In this document: positions 54,437 through 63,497 of the stretch, in pieces | Layout: each line of letters opens with the position of its first letter | Position numbering within the stretch: the first letter of the stretch is position 1 | Origin: an archaeon | GTDB taxonomy: Archaea > Iainarchaeota > Iainarchaeia > Iainarchaeales > Iainarchaeaceae | NCBI GenBank assembly: GCA_035655435.1 | Contig: DASRUN010000066.1 | Coordinates: forward strand, 520 to 64,519 | Length of the DNA: 64,000 nucleotides | Direction: 5' to 3' | Translations under genes and position numbers: made by a program | Notes under the pieces: generated by a model | What the model saw: the letters and a program-made list of their open reading frames with translations, nothing else | Databases searched by the model: none | Told to the model about the DNA's origin: nothing

Positions 54437-54866
54437 ATTTTTCGTGGATACGAATATCCTTGTTTATGCCTTTGACGAATCCGAACCTGCAAAAAGAAAA
54501 ACGGCAAAGCGGATTGTTGAGGAAGCCACAAGCGGAAAGGTAAAAGGGGTTGTTTCGAATCAGGTTTTGGGAGAACTTTATAATGCGCTAACAAGAAAGA
54601 TCGAAAAACCGATTGATACGCGTTATGCACAGATAATTGTAAACGGCATCCTGGATTCGAAAAACTGGGGGAAAGTTGATTATAAATCAATAACCGTGAG
54701 CAAAGCAATAGAAACATCAATAAATGAGAAAAAGCCTTTTTGGGATTCTGTCCTAATTGAAACAATGCTCGAAAATAAAATTTACACTTTAATAACCGAA
54801 AATACGGCGGATTTCAGTAACCCAAAAATAAAAATCGTGAACCCTTTCAAAGAGCAAAAAACCTGA
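54426..54866 (+). CDS. PIN-domain toxin (VapC-like)
   Basis: MKDEFFVDTNILVYAFDE, then SNQVLGELYN and FWDSVLIET (conserved acidic residues). The track start 54219 is an upstream extension. Confidence 0.65.
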   Translation: MKDEFFVDTNILVYAFDESEPAKRKTAKRIVEEATSGKVKGVVSNQVLGELYNALTRKIEKPIDTRYAQIIVNGILDSKNWGKVDYKSITVSKAIETSINEKKPFWDSVLIETMLENKIYTLITENTADFSNPKIKIVNPFKEQKT

Positions 54867-54918
54867 CTTGTACCCGAGTATTTTTGTTTAAATCACTTTC
54901 TTACAATAATTCTTTCTT

Positions 54919-56067
54919 ATGAAAAAGTTCATCAAAAATTACGCCTTGAACCCCGATAAAAATACGCTTGAACAATTCAAACATTGTTATGAACAAACTT
55001 TTGTGGAAAAAGCCGCTTTGATGCCGGACGCACATTCCGGGTATGTTGCTCCGATTGGTTCTGTTCTTGTTACAAAGGATTTTGTTGTTCCTTCTTGGGT
55101 TGGGTTTGATATTGGATGCGGGATGACCGCCGCGAAAATTAAGGGAAAAGAAATTCTTGAAAAAATTCGCGCGAACGAAGAACAAATTTATAGTGCGGTT
55201 AGAAAAAAAATTCCAATGGGAAAAGGAAAAACAAATAATGCAAATGATATAACTCCTGAAACAAAAAAAGAATTCAAAGAACTTATTGAAAAATTCAAAA
55301 AGGGATCTCACAATAAAGGCGTCCTCCAGTTTTTGGAGACAACCGCAATAAAGCATCTTGGATCACTGGGGCATGGGAATCATTTTGTTGAAATTGGTTA
55401 TTCGGATAAAAATGATGCATGGATTGTTGTCCACTCGGGTTCAAGGGGGGTTGGATTTAAGGTTGCAACAAATTATATGAAAAAGAGTGCGGGAAGGGAA
55501 AAAGAATTTGAACAAACATTTCCGATTCATAAAGACAGTGATGTTGGAAAAGAGTATTTGAACGTGCTTGATTTTGGATTGAGTTTTGCTTTGTTGAATA
55601 GAATGGAAATGATCCGCAAAACAATTATTGCGTTAGAGGATGTTCTCAAAGAAAAAATTGAGTGGGAATTGTGGGTTAATAAAAACCACAATCACGCGGT
55701 TGAGGAAAACGGTTTGTTTATTCACAGAAAAGGTGCAACTCCGGCAAAGAAAAACGAGAGAGGAGTTATTCCCGCAAATATGCGCGATGGCTCTTTTTTG
55801 GTTGAAGGAAAAGGAAACAAGGATTTTTTGGAGAGTTCTTCTCACGGAGCAGGGAGAACAATGAGCAGGACAGACGCAAAGGAAAAGTACTCTATGAAGG
55901 AATTTGAGGAAAGCATGAAAGGAATTCGCGGAACAATAGAAAAAGGAACTTTGGATGAGGTTCCTATGGCGTACAAGAATATTTTTGATGTGATGGAAGC
56001 GCAGAAAGAATCAGTGAAAGTTGTGGAACATATAAAACCTATAATTAATTGGAAAGGTAGCAACTAA
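54919..56067 (+). CDS. rtcB: RtcB-family RNA 3'-phosphate ligase (short form)
   Basis: 382 aa. MPDAHSGY, GHGNHFVEIG, HSGSRG, NHNHA, SSSHGAGR motifs. Confidence 0.85.
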   Translation: MKKFIKNYALNPDKNTLEQFKHCYEQTFVEKAALMPDAHSGYVAPIGSVLVTKDFVVPSWVGFDIGCGMTAAKIKGKEILEKIRANEEQIYSAVRKKIPMGKGKTNNANDITPETKKEFKELIEKFKKGSHNKGVLQFLETTAIKHLGSLGHGNHFVEIGYSDKNDAWIVVHSGSRGVGFKVATNYMKKSAGREKEFEQTFPIHKDSDVGKEYLNVLDFGLSFALLNRMEMIRKTIIALEDVLKEKIEWELWVNKNHNHAVEENGLFIHRKGATPAKKNERGVIPANMRDGSFLVEGKGNKDFLESSSHGAGRTMSRTDAKEKYSMKEFEESMKGIRGTIEKGTLDEVPMAYKNIFDVMEAQKESVKVVEHIKPIINWKGSN

Positions 56068-56163
56068 AACACAAATAACTCATTCCCGTTAATAAAGTAA
56101 CATTTATATATGTGTTGAGCAGCATCTATTACAGAGGCTCTGAGGCCTTGGGGGCTTAAACTC

Positions 56164-56538
56164 ATGAAAAACCTTATAGCAATTTTACTAGGATTAGTCT
56201 TTTTCAGCACAAGCGCATTGGCTGCAAGCTATTATTTTTCATATCAAAACGATAATTTTGGAATTTCTTATCACAAATACGAACCTTATGAACACAGCAG
56301 ATATACATCATATTACGTTGATTCCTATACTCAGGGACAATACTTTTACGCTCCGGTAACAACCGTCCATTATGATTCAATAAGAAGTGACGGTTATTGG
56401 ACTTTCGCGCCGGATTATGGATATTCAAATTACAATTATTATTATCCTTCATACGGAAACGCGTACTACGATAATTACAACTATAATTCAGGATATAATT
56501 CAAGATATGCGTACAATGAACCTTCATGGTTGAGGTGA
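56164..56538 (+). CDS. secreted tyrosine-rich low-complexity protein
   Basis: 124 aa. Signal peptide ending ALAAS. 28 Tyr by hand count, mostly in Y/N/S runs (NYNYYYPSYGNAYYDNYNYNSGYNSRYAY). Confidence 0.5.
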   Translation: MKNLIAILLGLVFFSTSALAASYYFSYQNDNFGISYHKYEPYEHSRYTSYYVDSYTQGQYFYAPVTTVHYDSIRSDGYWTFAPDYGYSNYNYYYPSYGNAYYDNYNYNSGYNSRYAYNEPSWLR

Positions 56539-58418
56539 TTCAAGTGAAGCACACAATTTTTTCTTTCATAATTGTACCGATTCTTTTCCTGCTTTTTGTG
56601 CAGAGCGCCAGCGCGATGTATTATTTCGGCGGATCAAACGAAAATTATTACTTTGAAGTTTATTCAAAAGGAACTTACAATTACGCTGCTCAACCTTACA
56701 CTTACTATTATTCAGATCACTATTATTTTGATTATCCTTTCAGATATTACGCGAAGGGAACGTATTACTATCAGGACAAGGGATGGTATGACTTTTCCCC
56801 GAACTATTATTTGTATCCGGGAAATTCTGCTTACTACAATTACCACAGCCCGGACTATTATTATTACAACTATAATTGGAATTACTATCCGAATTGGATG
56901 ACGGTTTACGCGCCGAATGTTTACGGATCATATTATTATCCGCCTTCATATTTTTACGGAACACCAACTCTTACAGGACAACATTATCAACCTGAACAGG
57001 TTTCGCTTTGCTCAGATGCTTCAATTGCAACATCAAGCATTAGCTTGAATGCAGGTGAAACAAGAAGGGTTACTTTCTTTGTTGATAATTCGTTTGCAAA
57101 AGATTTGAGAGTAAATAATGTGAACATTTATGTAAATTCTTTCGATGCACAAGCTTTGAATGTACAATTTGATAAAACAGTAAATGCTTTTTCAAGCGGA
57201 AAAATTACATTTGATGTTAGCGCAAAAGAAAATGCAAACACTCAAAGTGTTTCTGCTTCTGTAAAAGTTAACGGAACATTTAGCGACGGAGTTTTCTGCT
57301 CAGGAAATGGAATTGAAAACAGTTTCAGTATTAATGTACAGGGAAAACCAGTGCAAATGCAAAGAACACCTGATTCGCTTTACGCAGGAGTTTATTACAA
57401 TCCAAGCGGAAGTACTTCCCAAATTGTTCCTAGGAACACTGTTCCACAGCAGGAATGGAATGATGTAACAATTACAAGAAGCGCGGAAATCGAACAAGTA
57501 AATCTTGCACAACAGAATTTGCAGCAAACTCAGAACTACCAAACCCAAAATTACAATACTGTTCAAACTTATTACGGAGAAGCACAGCTCGCCGAAACAA
57601 GCTGCAATGGACTTAGCTTGAACGAAGAAAATGTTGCGGTTGATGCGGAAAGTTCTAAAGTTGTTTATTTTGCTTTCAAAAATTTCGGAAAAGGGGATTT
57701 CCAAATTGATTCAATAGAATCAGTTGAATCAAACGGTTTCTTTGGAATAGAAGCTTTAAGAGAAAATCCGTACATTTTTTCAGGTCAAACAAGCGCAATC
57801 AAAGTAAAAGTTCTTGGAGGAACAACTGAAACAGATGCTTCAGGATCTGCATATGTAAGAGTTAATGGACATTTCAATTCAGGATTGAATTGTACAATTT
57901 TGAGTGATAATTTTTTCGTGCGCGTTAATGGCTCGAGCCCAAATTTTGTTGAAAAAGTTTCAATCTCAAATCCGGGCAAAGTTGAATTAAATAACGGTTC
58001 GGGTTTTGTAGAATTCCAAGTTGATAATGCAACGAATAGAGATATTGTTGTTAGTGTTAGATCTGACAATGCAATGGTGTCTCCTAAAAAGTTCAGCATT
58101 AATGCAATGAGCATCAGCGAGAAAGTTGTTGCAATTAACGGCCTTGAAGGAGAAGGAATTGTTTACTTTGATATTGATGAAGAACCCGGATTCTTGGAAA
58201 AATTCACAAGAATCGAGGAAAAGGAAATGAATGTTCCTTTTCAACCGAATAATTCTGTTCAGGTTCCAATTCAACCAAGCCCCCCGCAAGTTGCACCTCC
58301 CCAAGGACTTGGCGGGTTTTTGAACACAGGATTCGGGGTTTTGGGAGACGGAGCACTGCTTTTAGGAGTTATTGTGCTCATAATAATTGTTGTTCTGATG
58401 GCTATCCCAAGGAATTAA
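56526..58418 (+). CDS. surface protein with Tyr-rich N-terminal region and C-terminal TM anchor
   Basis: 630 aa. Signal peptide. About 120 aa of Y-rich sequence. Two similar beta-rich segments. A P/Q-rich linker, then a TM helix ending PRN. Confidence 0.55.
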   Translation: MVEVIQVKHTIFSFIIVPILFLLFVQSASAMYYFGGSNENYYFEVYSKGTYNYAAQPYTYYYSDHYYFDYPFRYYAKGTYYYQDKGWYDFSPNYYLYPGNSAYYNYHSPDYYYYNYNWNYYPNWMTVYAPNVYGSYYYPPSYFYGTPTLTGQHYQPEQVSLCSDASIATSSISLNAGETRRVTFFVDNSFAKDLRVNNVNIYVNSFDAQALNVQFDKTVNAFSSGKITFDVSAKENANTQSVSASVKVNGTFSDGVFCSGNGIENSFSINVQGKPVQMQRTPDSLYAGVYYNPSGSTSQIVPRNTVPQQEWNDVTITRSAEIEQVNLAQQNLQQTQNYQTQNYNTVQTYYGEAQLAETSCNGLSLNEENVAVDAESSKVVYFAFKNFGKGDFQIDSIESVESNGFFGIEALRENPYIFSGQTSAIKVKVLGGTTETDASGSAYVRVNGHFNSGLNCTILSDNFFVRVNGSSPNFVEKVSISNPGKVELNNGSGFVEFQVDNATNRDIVVSVRSDNAMVSPKKFSINAMSISEKVVAINGLEGEGIVYFDIDEEPGFLEKFTRIEEKEMNVPFQPNNSVQVPIQPSPPQVAPPQGLGGFLNTGFGVLGDGALLLGVIVLIIIVVLMAIPRN

Positions 58419-58424
58419 ACTTAA

Positions 58425-58919
58425 TTAAAATTTGAAAATTGTATTGCCATTTTTGAAAGATAATTCACGCACACTGTCAAGAACACCGATTCTTCCCAAA
58501 AGTGGCGGAATGTTTTTAGGAGTCCATAACACAATTATTTCTTTTTTTAACTTACCTAATTCAATAGTTACAGGATAATAAAAGGCTCCGGTAGTTTGAC
58601 CGCAAGCGCATTCATAGGTAGTTGGAACTGCAACTTTTTTCTCTATTATTTCGGTTATCAGCACATTAACCTGTTCCGCATTACTACCATCCAAATCTCT
58701 CCATCTTTTTGATATTTCTGCAGGCGCAATCTTAGAAAAATTAATTCCTAATGCATGACCAATACTTTGCGGAATTGTGCAAAAATCTGCCCCTGAATCT
58801 ACAATACAATTAATTTGAATTTTTTGGACAGCAATAGAAAAAACAGGCGCAGCCACAGGGACAGGAAAACCACCAGCACTAAAACTTTTGAAAGGCAGTT
58901 CTATTTCCAAAAAACTCAC
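58425..58919 (-). CDS. retropepsin-like (clan AA) aspartic protease
   Basis: 164 aa. IVDSGADFCTIP contains the D-S-G-A active-site word. Confidence 0.55.
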   Translation of the reverse strand: MSFLEIELPFKSFSAGGFPVPVAAPVFSIAVQKIQINCIVDSGADFCTIPQSIGHALGINFSKIAPAEISKRWRDLDGSNAEQVNVLITEIIEKKVAVPTTYECACGQTTGAFYYPVTIELGKLKKEIIVLWTPKNIPPLLGRIGVLDSVRELSFKNGNTIFKF

Positions 58920-58924
58920 CTGCC

Positions 58925-59125
58925 TTATAAAATTAGAACTTGATTTTTTTGAGGTATTTTGGCAATAAAAAATTGTTCTTCGCCTGATTTTCTTTTGGCT
59001 TGAGCCAATGCTTTGTTTATGTTGGAGTTACTGGCAATAATTTTCTTATTTCTAATGGCAACCCATTTCCCGGAATAACGGCTGAAATCTTTTTTTATAA
59101 AGAATTTTGAATCCTGTGCAACCAT
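58925..59125 (-). CDS. DUF5678-like small protein
   Basis: 66 aa. YSGKWVAIRNKKIIASNSNINKALAQAKRK...FIAKIP pattern. 5 nt upstream of the protease ORF. Confidence 0.45.
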   Translation of the reverse strand: MVAQDSKFFIKKDFSRYSGKWVAIRNKKIIASNSNINKALAQAKRKSGEEQFFIAKIPQKNQVLIL

Positions 59126-59259
59126 GCTTTACCCCGTTCCAATAGAAGTTTGCGCCATTGTTCTTAAGAAAGGTTTTGTAGTATTTAAGATTAACCTGAT
59201 TTTTAAATGTGAAAAATATGTGACGAATTAGAAAATAGTCCAAACCCAGTCAAATAGCT

Positions 59260-59267
59260 TTATAAAG
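59260..59267 (+). promoter_or_regulatory. TATA-box candidate for the rpl3 operon
   Basis: TTTATAAA lies 161 nt upstream of the rpl3 ATG, in a 302-nt non-coding gap. No transcription start data available. Confidence 0.3.
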
Positions 59268-59427
59268 GTTTTTAGAGCAGAATACTAAGTTGATGCACAC
59301 TGTATCGCAAGTAAAATTCTTGGGATATTAATGCACGAAAGCTCTTATTTTAGCTTTTAAAGCATTCACAGTTCTTCCCCCGAAGGACTATGGTGTGTGT
59401 TGCTTGATTTCAAATTGGTTATCTTAA

Positions 59428-60567
59428 ATGGCTGGTGGACACAAACCTCGATCAGGAAGCTTAGCTTTCTATCCGAGAGTCAGAGCTAAAAGGCATTTCG
59501 CCGCTTTCACTACTTATCCAACTATAAAGGCGGAAACAGCAAAACCAATGAATTTTTTCGGTTACAAAGCAGGAATGGTTCAGGTTTTCGGAAAAAACGC
59601 ACACCAAAAAAGCATTACATTCGGCCAGGAAACAGCAATTCCGGCAACTATTATTGAGTGTCCTCCAATAAAAATAATCGGAGCAAGGGTTTACGGAAAA
59701 GCGGCTTACGGAATACGCGCGCTTGGAGAAGCAACCGTTGAAAAACCAAGCAAGAATTTGAGGAGAAAAATAAGCGCTTTCAAAAAAATGGGAAATAAGA
59801 AAAAAGAAAAAAAATATTCTACTTTTGAAGAACTTCAAAAATTAAGGGCAAAAGCATTGAAAGTTGTTTTGCTCGCGGAAGGCCAACCTGAGGAAACAGG
59901 AATGGGAAAGAAAAAACCCGATCTCACTGAAATTAATCTTACCGGAAATGTTGACCAACAGTTTGCTTTTGCAAAAGAAAAATTCGGAAAAGACCTTAAA
60001 GCTGAAGAGGTTTTCAAAGCAACTGATTTTGTTGATGTTAAAGCGGTTGATAAAGGAAAAGGATATCAAGGACCGGTGAAAAGATTCGGAATCAAAATCC
60101 AAAGGCCAAAAGCTAAACATCACAGAGTTGTTGGAGCAATAAGCCCTTGGCACCCGCCGCTTGTAATGTGGACTGTTCCACGAGCGGGACAAATGGGCTA
60201 TCAAACCAGAACAGAATTAAACAAAAGAATTCTTGGAGTTGAAAGCAATTCAAAACCAATTGCACCTGCAGGCGGATTTTCAAATTACGGTGTTGTGAAA
60301 AATGATTATATTGTATTGGCAGGATCGGTTCCCGGCGCTGTAAAAAGACCTGTTTCAATGAGATTCCCGGTTAGAAAAATAAAAGATACTCATGCAAAGT
60401 ACACTGATCTTGTATTCCCTTTTGCAACTGAAACAAATGAAAAAGAAACAAAGAAAGAAGAAACAAAGCACGCAAAAGCTGAAAAGAAAGAGGAAGCAAA
60501 GCATTCGGAAAAGAAAGCTGAAAAAAACGTGAAAGAAGAATCTCATTCTAAAGGTGAAAGCAAATGA
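59428..60567 (+). CDS. rpl3: ribosomal protein uL3 (with K/E-rich C-terminal extension)
   Basis: MAGGHKPRSGSLAFYPRVRAKR...KGKGYQGPVKRFG. The last ~45 aa are Lys/Glu-rich. Confidence 0.95.
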   Translation: MAGGHKPRSGSLAFYPRVRAKRHFAAFTTYPTIKAETAKPMNFFGYKAGMVQVFGKNAHQKSITFGQETAIPATIIECPPIKIIGARVYGKAAYGIRALGEATVEKPSKNLRRKISAFKKMGNKKKEKKYSTFEELQKLRAKALKVVLLAEGQPEETGMGKKKPDLTEINLTGNVDQQFAFAKEKFGKDLKAEEVFKATDFVDVKAVDKGKGYQGPVKRFGIKIQRPKAKHHRVVGAISPWHPPLVMWTVPRAGQMGYQTRTELNKRILGVESNSKPIAPAGGFSNYGVVKNDYIVLAGSVPGAVKRPVSMRFPVRKIKDTHAKYTDLVFPFATETNEKETKKEETKHAKAEKKEEAKHSEKKAEKNVKEESHSKGESK

Positions 60568-61394
60568 AAGCAACGATTATTGGTTTGGATGGAAAAAAAG
60601 GAAATTCAATTGAATTGCCTAAACAATTTTCCGAAAAAGTTGATAAAGGACTCATCAAAAGAGCTGTGCAGGCAATTCAAAGTGCCAGCGTACAAAATAG
60701 TTTTCCTACTCCGCACGCGGGAAGATTCAATACTGCTGTTTATGTTGGTATGAGACACAAGCCACAGCAACACAGAACAATTAACATTGGACACGCAAGG
60801 AAACCAAGATTGAAAAACAGACGCTCGCTTATCTCGGGACAGGTTGCAAGTATTCCGGCAACAGTCGGCGGACCAAAAGCACATCCTCCTAAAGCCGATA
60901 AAGAGTGGGAAGAAAAAATTAACAAAAAAGAAAAACAAAAAGCAACAAATTCCGCAATCGCGGCAACCGCATTTATAGAATTGGCAAAAGCAAGGGGCCA
61001 TGTTTTTGATCACAAACTTGGTTTTCCGCTTGTTGTTGAAGGAAAATTAGAGAACCTTGTAAAAACAAAGGATGTCAAAAAAGCTTTCGAAGCAATCGGC
61101 GTTTGGAGCGATGTGGAAAAGGCAGCCGAAAAAAAAATGAATAGAGCGGGAAAAGGCAAAAAAAGGGGAAGGATTTACAAGAAAAGGAAAAGTGTTTTGA
61201 TTGTCGCAAGCAGCACGGAAAAAGTTTACAAAGCTGCAAGAAATCTCGAGGGAGTTGACATTATCAGCGTGAAAGATTTGAACGCGGATGTTCTTGCTCC
61301 CGGAGCGGAAGCAGGAAGATTAACACTTTGGTCCGAGAAAGCCCTTGTGGAAATGGGTTCTGAAAAAAAGGGGAAAGTAATAGTAAAAGCTTAG
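60564..61394 (+). CDS. rpl4: ribosomal protein uL4
   Basis: 276 aa, 4-nt overlap with rpl3. PHAGRFNTAVYVGMRH... Conserved order. Confidence 0.9.
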   Translation: MKATIIGLDGKKGNSIELPKQFSEKVDKGLIKRAVQAIQSASVQNSFPTPHAGRFNTAVYVGMRHKPQQHRTINIGHARKPRLKNRRSLISGQVASIPATVGGPKAHPPKADKEWEEKINKKEKQKATNSAIAATAFIELAKARGHVFDHKLGFPLVVEGKLENLVKTKDVKKAFEAIGVWSDVEKAAEKKMNRAGKGKKRGRIYKKRKSVLIVASSTEKVYKAARNLEGVDIISVKDLNADVLAPGAEAGRLTLWSEKALVEMGSEKKGKVIVKA

Positions 61395-61405
61395 GGTGAA
61401 AAATT

Positions 61406-61828
61406 ATGGTTGACAAAAAAGATGCAAAAGCTTCGGTAAAAAAAACCGAACCTGTTAAAGCTGATAAAAAAGTTGAGGTAAAAAAAGAACCATTGAAACA
61501 GGAGAAAAAAGAAGAGAAGCAGGAGCAGAAGAAAACAAAAAAAACTTTGGCGGAAATAGAATCGGAAATGCACGCGCTTCACATGATAAAATTCCCGCTT
61601 ATAACTGAAAAAGCAGTTGGAATGATTGATTCGCAAAACAAGCTTACATTTATTGTGGACAGGAACGCAACAAAGCATTCCGTTAAAAAATCTGTGGAAG
61701 ATGCTTACAAAGTGAAGGTAAAAAAAGTGAACATTATCAAGGACATGAAAGCCAGAAAAAAAGCAATTGTAACAATTGACAAAAAATTCAAAGCAGATGA
61801 CATTGCAACAAAACTGGGAGTGATATGA
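61406..61828 (+). CDS. rpl23: ribosomal protein uL23 (with Lys-rich N-terminal extension)
   Basis: The C-terminal 85 aa (IKFPLITEKAV...KKAIVTI) are the uL23 core. The first ~55 aa are K/E-rich. Confidence 0.9.
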   Translation: MVDKKDAKASVKKTEPVKADKKVEVKKEPLKQEKKEEKQEQKKTKKTLAEIESEMHALHMIKFPLITEKAVGMIDSQNKLTFIVDRNATKHSVKKSVEDAYKVKVKKVNIIKDMKARKKAIVTIDKKFKADDIATKLGVI

Positions 61829-61868
61829 TGATTATGAAAATTGTGAAAAGTAATGGGATGTGTTTGTA

Positions 61869-62591
61869 ATGCCAAAGCGACTAAAGACACAAAGAAGGGG
61901 TGCTGGAAGCCCGGTTTACAGTGCATCAAAAAACGGAACAGGTGTTTCACAGTATGTTAATTACGACGACATGAGAACACAAATAATGAGAGGAGAGGTT
62001 ATTGAATTGTTGAATGATTCAGCCAGAACTGGAGTCCTCGCAAAAATAGTTTTTGACAACGGCAGCGAGCAGATAGCAATTGCTCCTGAAGGAATGTTTG
62101 TGGGGCAAAGAGTTGAATACGGAACAGGTGCGGAACTTTCAATCGGAAATGTTAAACCTATTAAGGATTGTGTTGAAGGTTGCCCGGTTTTTAACATTGA
62201 AAAAACTCCTGGAGACGGAGGAAGCTTGGTTAGAACCTCAGGATCTTATGCTTTGATTGTTACAAAAGATGCAAAAAAAGTTTTTGTCAAAATGCCTTCA
62301 GGAAAAACAATGGAATTGAACCCTGATGCAAGAGCCACAATCGGAAATGCCGGTTCTGGCGGAAGAGGAGACAAACCTTTTGTTAAGGCAGGAAAAAGAT
62401 ATTGGGCGAAAAAGGCAAGGCACCAAAAGTATCCAATAGTTAGGGGAATTGCAATGAACGCTTTATCACATCCTTTCGGTGGAGCAAACCATCACCCGGG
62501 AAAATCAAAGTCAACTGGAAGAAGAGCCGCTCCCGGAAGAAAGGTTGGAGATATTGCATCATCGAGAACCGGAAGGAGAAAGAAGAATTAA
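61869..62591 (+). CDS. rpl2: ribosomal protein uL2
   Basis: MPKRLKTQRRGAGSP...RGIAMNALSHPFGGANHHPGKS. Start moved to ATG 61869. Confidence 0.95.
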   Translation: MPKRLKTQRRGAGSPVYSASKNGTGVSQYVNYDDMRTQIMRGEVIELLNDSARTGVLAKIVFDNGSEQIAIAPEGMFVGQRVEYGTGAELSIGNVKPIKDCVEGCPVFNIEKTPGDGGSLVRTSGSYALIVTKDAKKVFVKMPSGKTMELNPDARATIGNAGSGGRGDKPFVKAGKRYWAKKARHQKYPIVRGIAMNALSHPFGGANHHPGKSKSTGRRAAPGRKVGDIASSRTGRRKKN

Positions 62592-62617
62592 GGGAGAAAA
62601 TGTTGGAGTGTTTTTGA

Positions 62618-63022
62618 ATGATAAAAAAAGAATTTAGTTTCAGGGGAAAAGAGATCGAGGAACTCGAAGCAATGAGCATTGAACAGTTTGCAAAGCTCTG
62701 CACTTCAAGAGCTAGAAAAACTCTTCTGAAAGGTTTTGATAAAAAATTCTTGGGAAAAGTAATGAAAGCCAAGGAACAGGCCAAGGCGGGAAAATATCCT
62801 AAGCCCGTGAAAACACATCATAGAGATTGTATTATTATTCCGGCAATGGTTGGGGTTCCTGTGGGGATTTATAATGGACAAGAGTTTGCAACGGTTGAGA
62901 TAAAAGAAAAAATGTTGGGCCATTATTTGGGAGAATTTGCATTGACAAGGAAGAGATTACAACACGGAAAAGCTGGAATCGGAGCTACAAGAAGCTCTAC
63001 AGCCATAACTGCAAGAGGATGA
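62618..63022 (+). CDS. rps19: ribosomal protein uS19
   Basis: 134 aa. HHRDCIIIPAMVGVPVGIYNGQEF...GHYLGEFALTRK. Confidence 0.9.
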   Translation: MIKKEFSFRGKEIEELEAMSIEQFAKLCTSRARKTLLKGFDKKFLGKVMKAKEQAKAGKYPKPVKTHHRDCIIIPAMVGVPVGIYNGQEFATVEIKEKMLGHYLGEFALTRKRLQHGKAGIGATRSSTAITARG

Positions 63023-63026
63023 TGAA

Positions 63027-63497
63027 ATGGTTAAGAAAGAATATCAGGTTCAGAGGACAAGGGCTTCGAAGACAGCTAGCGCTATGATGAGAAACAAACC
63101 TGTCTCTCTTAAATACAGCCTTGAAATCATCAGCAACATAAAGGGAAAGAGAGTTGACAAATCGCTTGCGTTCCTGCAGAGAATACTCAATCATGAAGAA
63201 TTTTTGCCTTTGAGAAGGTACAACAAGAAAATCGGGCACAAGAAAGGAGATTCAAAAATGTTTTCAAAAATCGGAAGATATCCGGAAAGATGTGTAAAAG
63301 CAGTTATGGATTTGCTTGAATCGGTAAAAGCAAATGCAGATTACAAGGGATTGGATTCTGATAATCTTTTGATTATACACATGTTCGCTTCACAGGGTTT
63401 CCACAAAATTTCCAATCAATCACAAGGAAGAATTGCGGGAAAGAGAAGAAAGAGAAAAGCAACCCACTTGGAAATAATAGTTCAGGAGGCGAGATAA
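63027..63497 (+). CDS. rpl22: ribosomal protein uL22
   Basis: 156 aa. Conserved order. KPVSLKYSLEIISNIKGKRVDKSLAFL. Confidence 0.9.
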   Translation: MVKKEYQVQRTRASKTASAMMRNKPVSLKYSLEIISNIKGKRVDKSLAFLQRILNHEEFLPLRRYNKKIGHKKGDSKMFSKIGRYPERCVKAVMDLLESVKANADYKGLDSDNLLIIHMFASQGFHKISNQSQGRIAGKRRKRKATHLEIIVQEAR

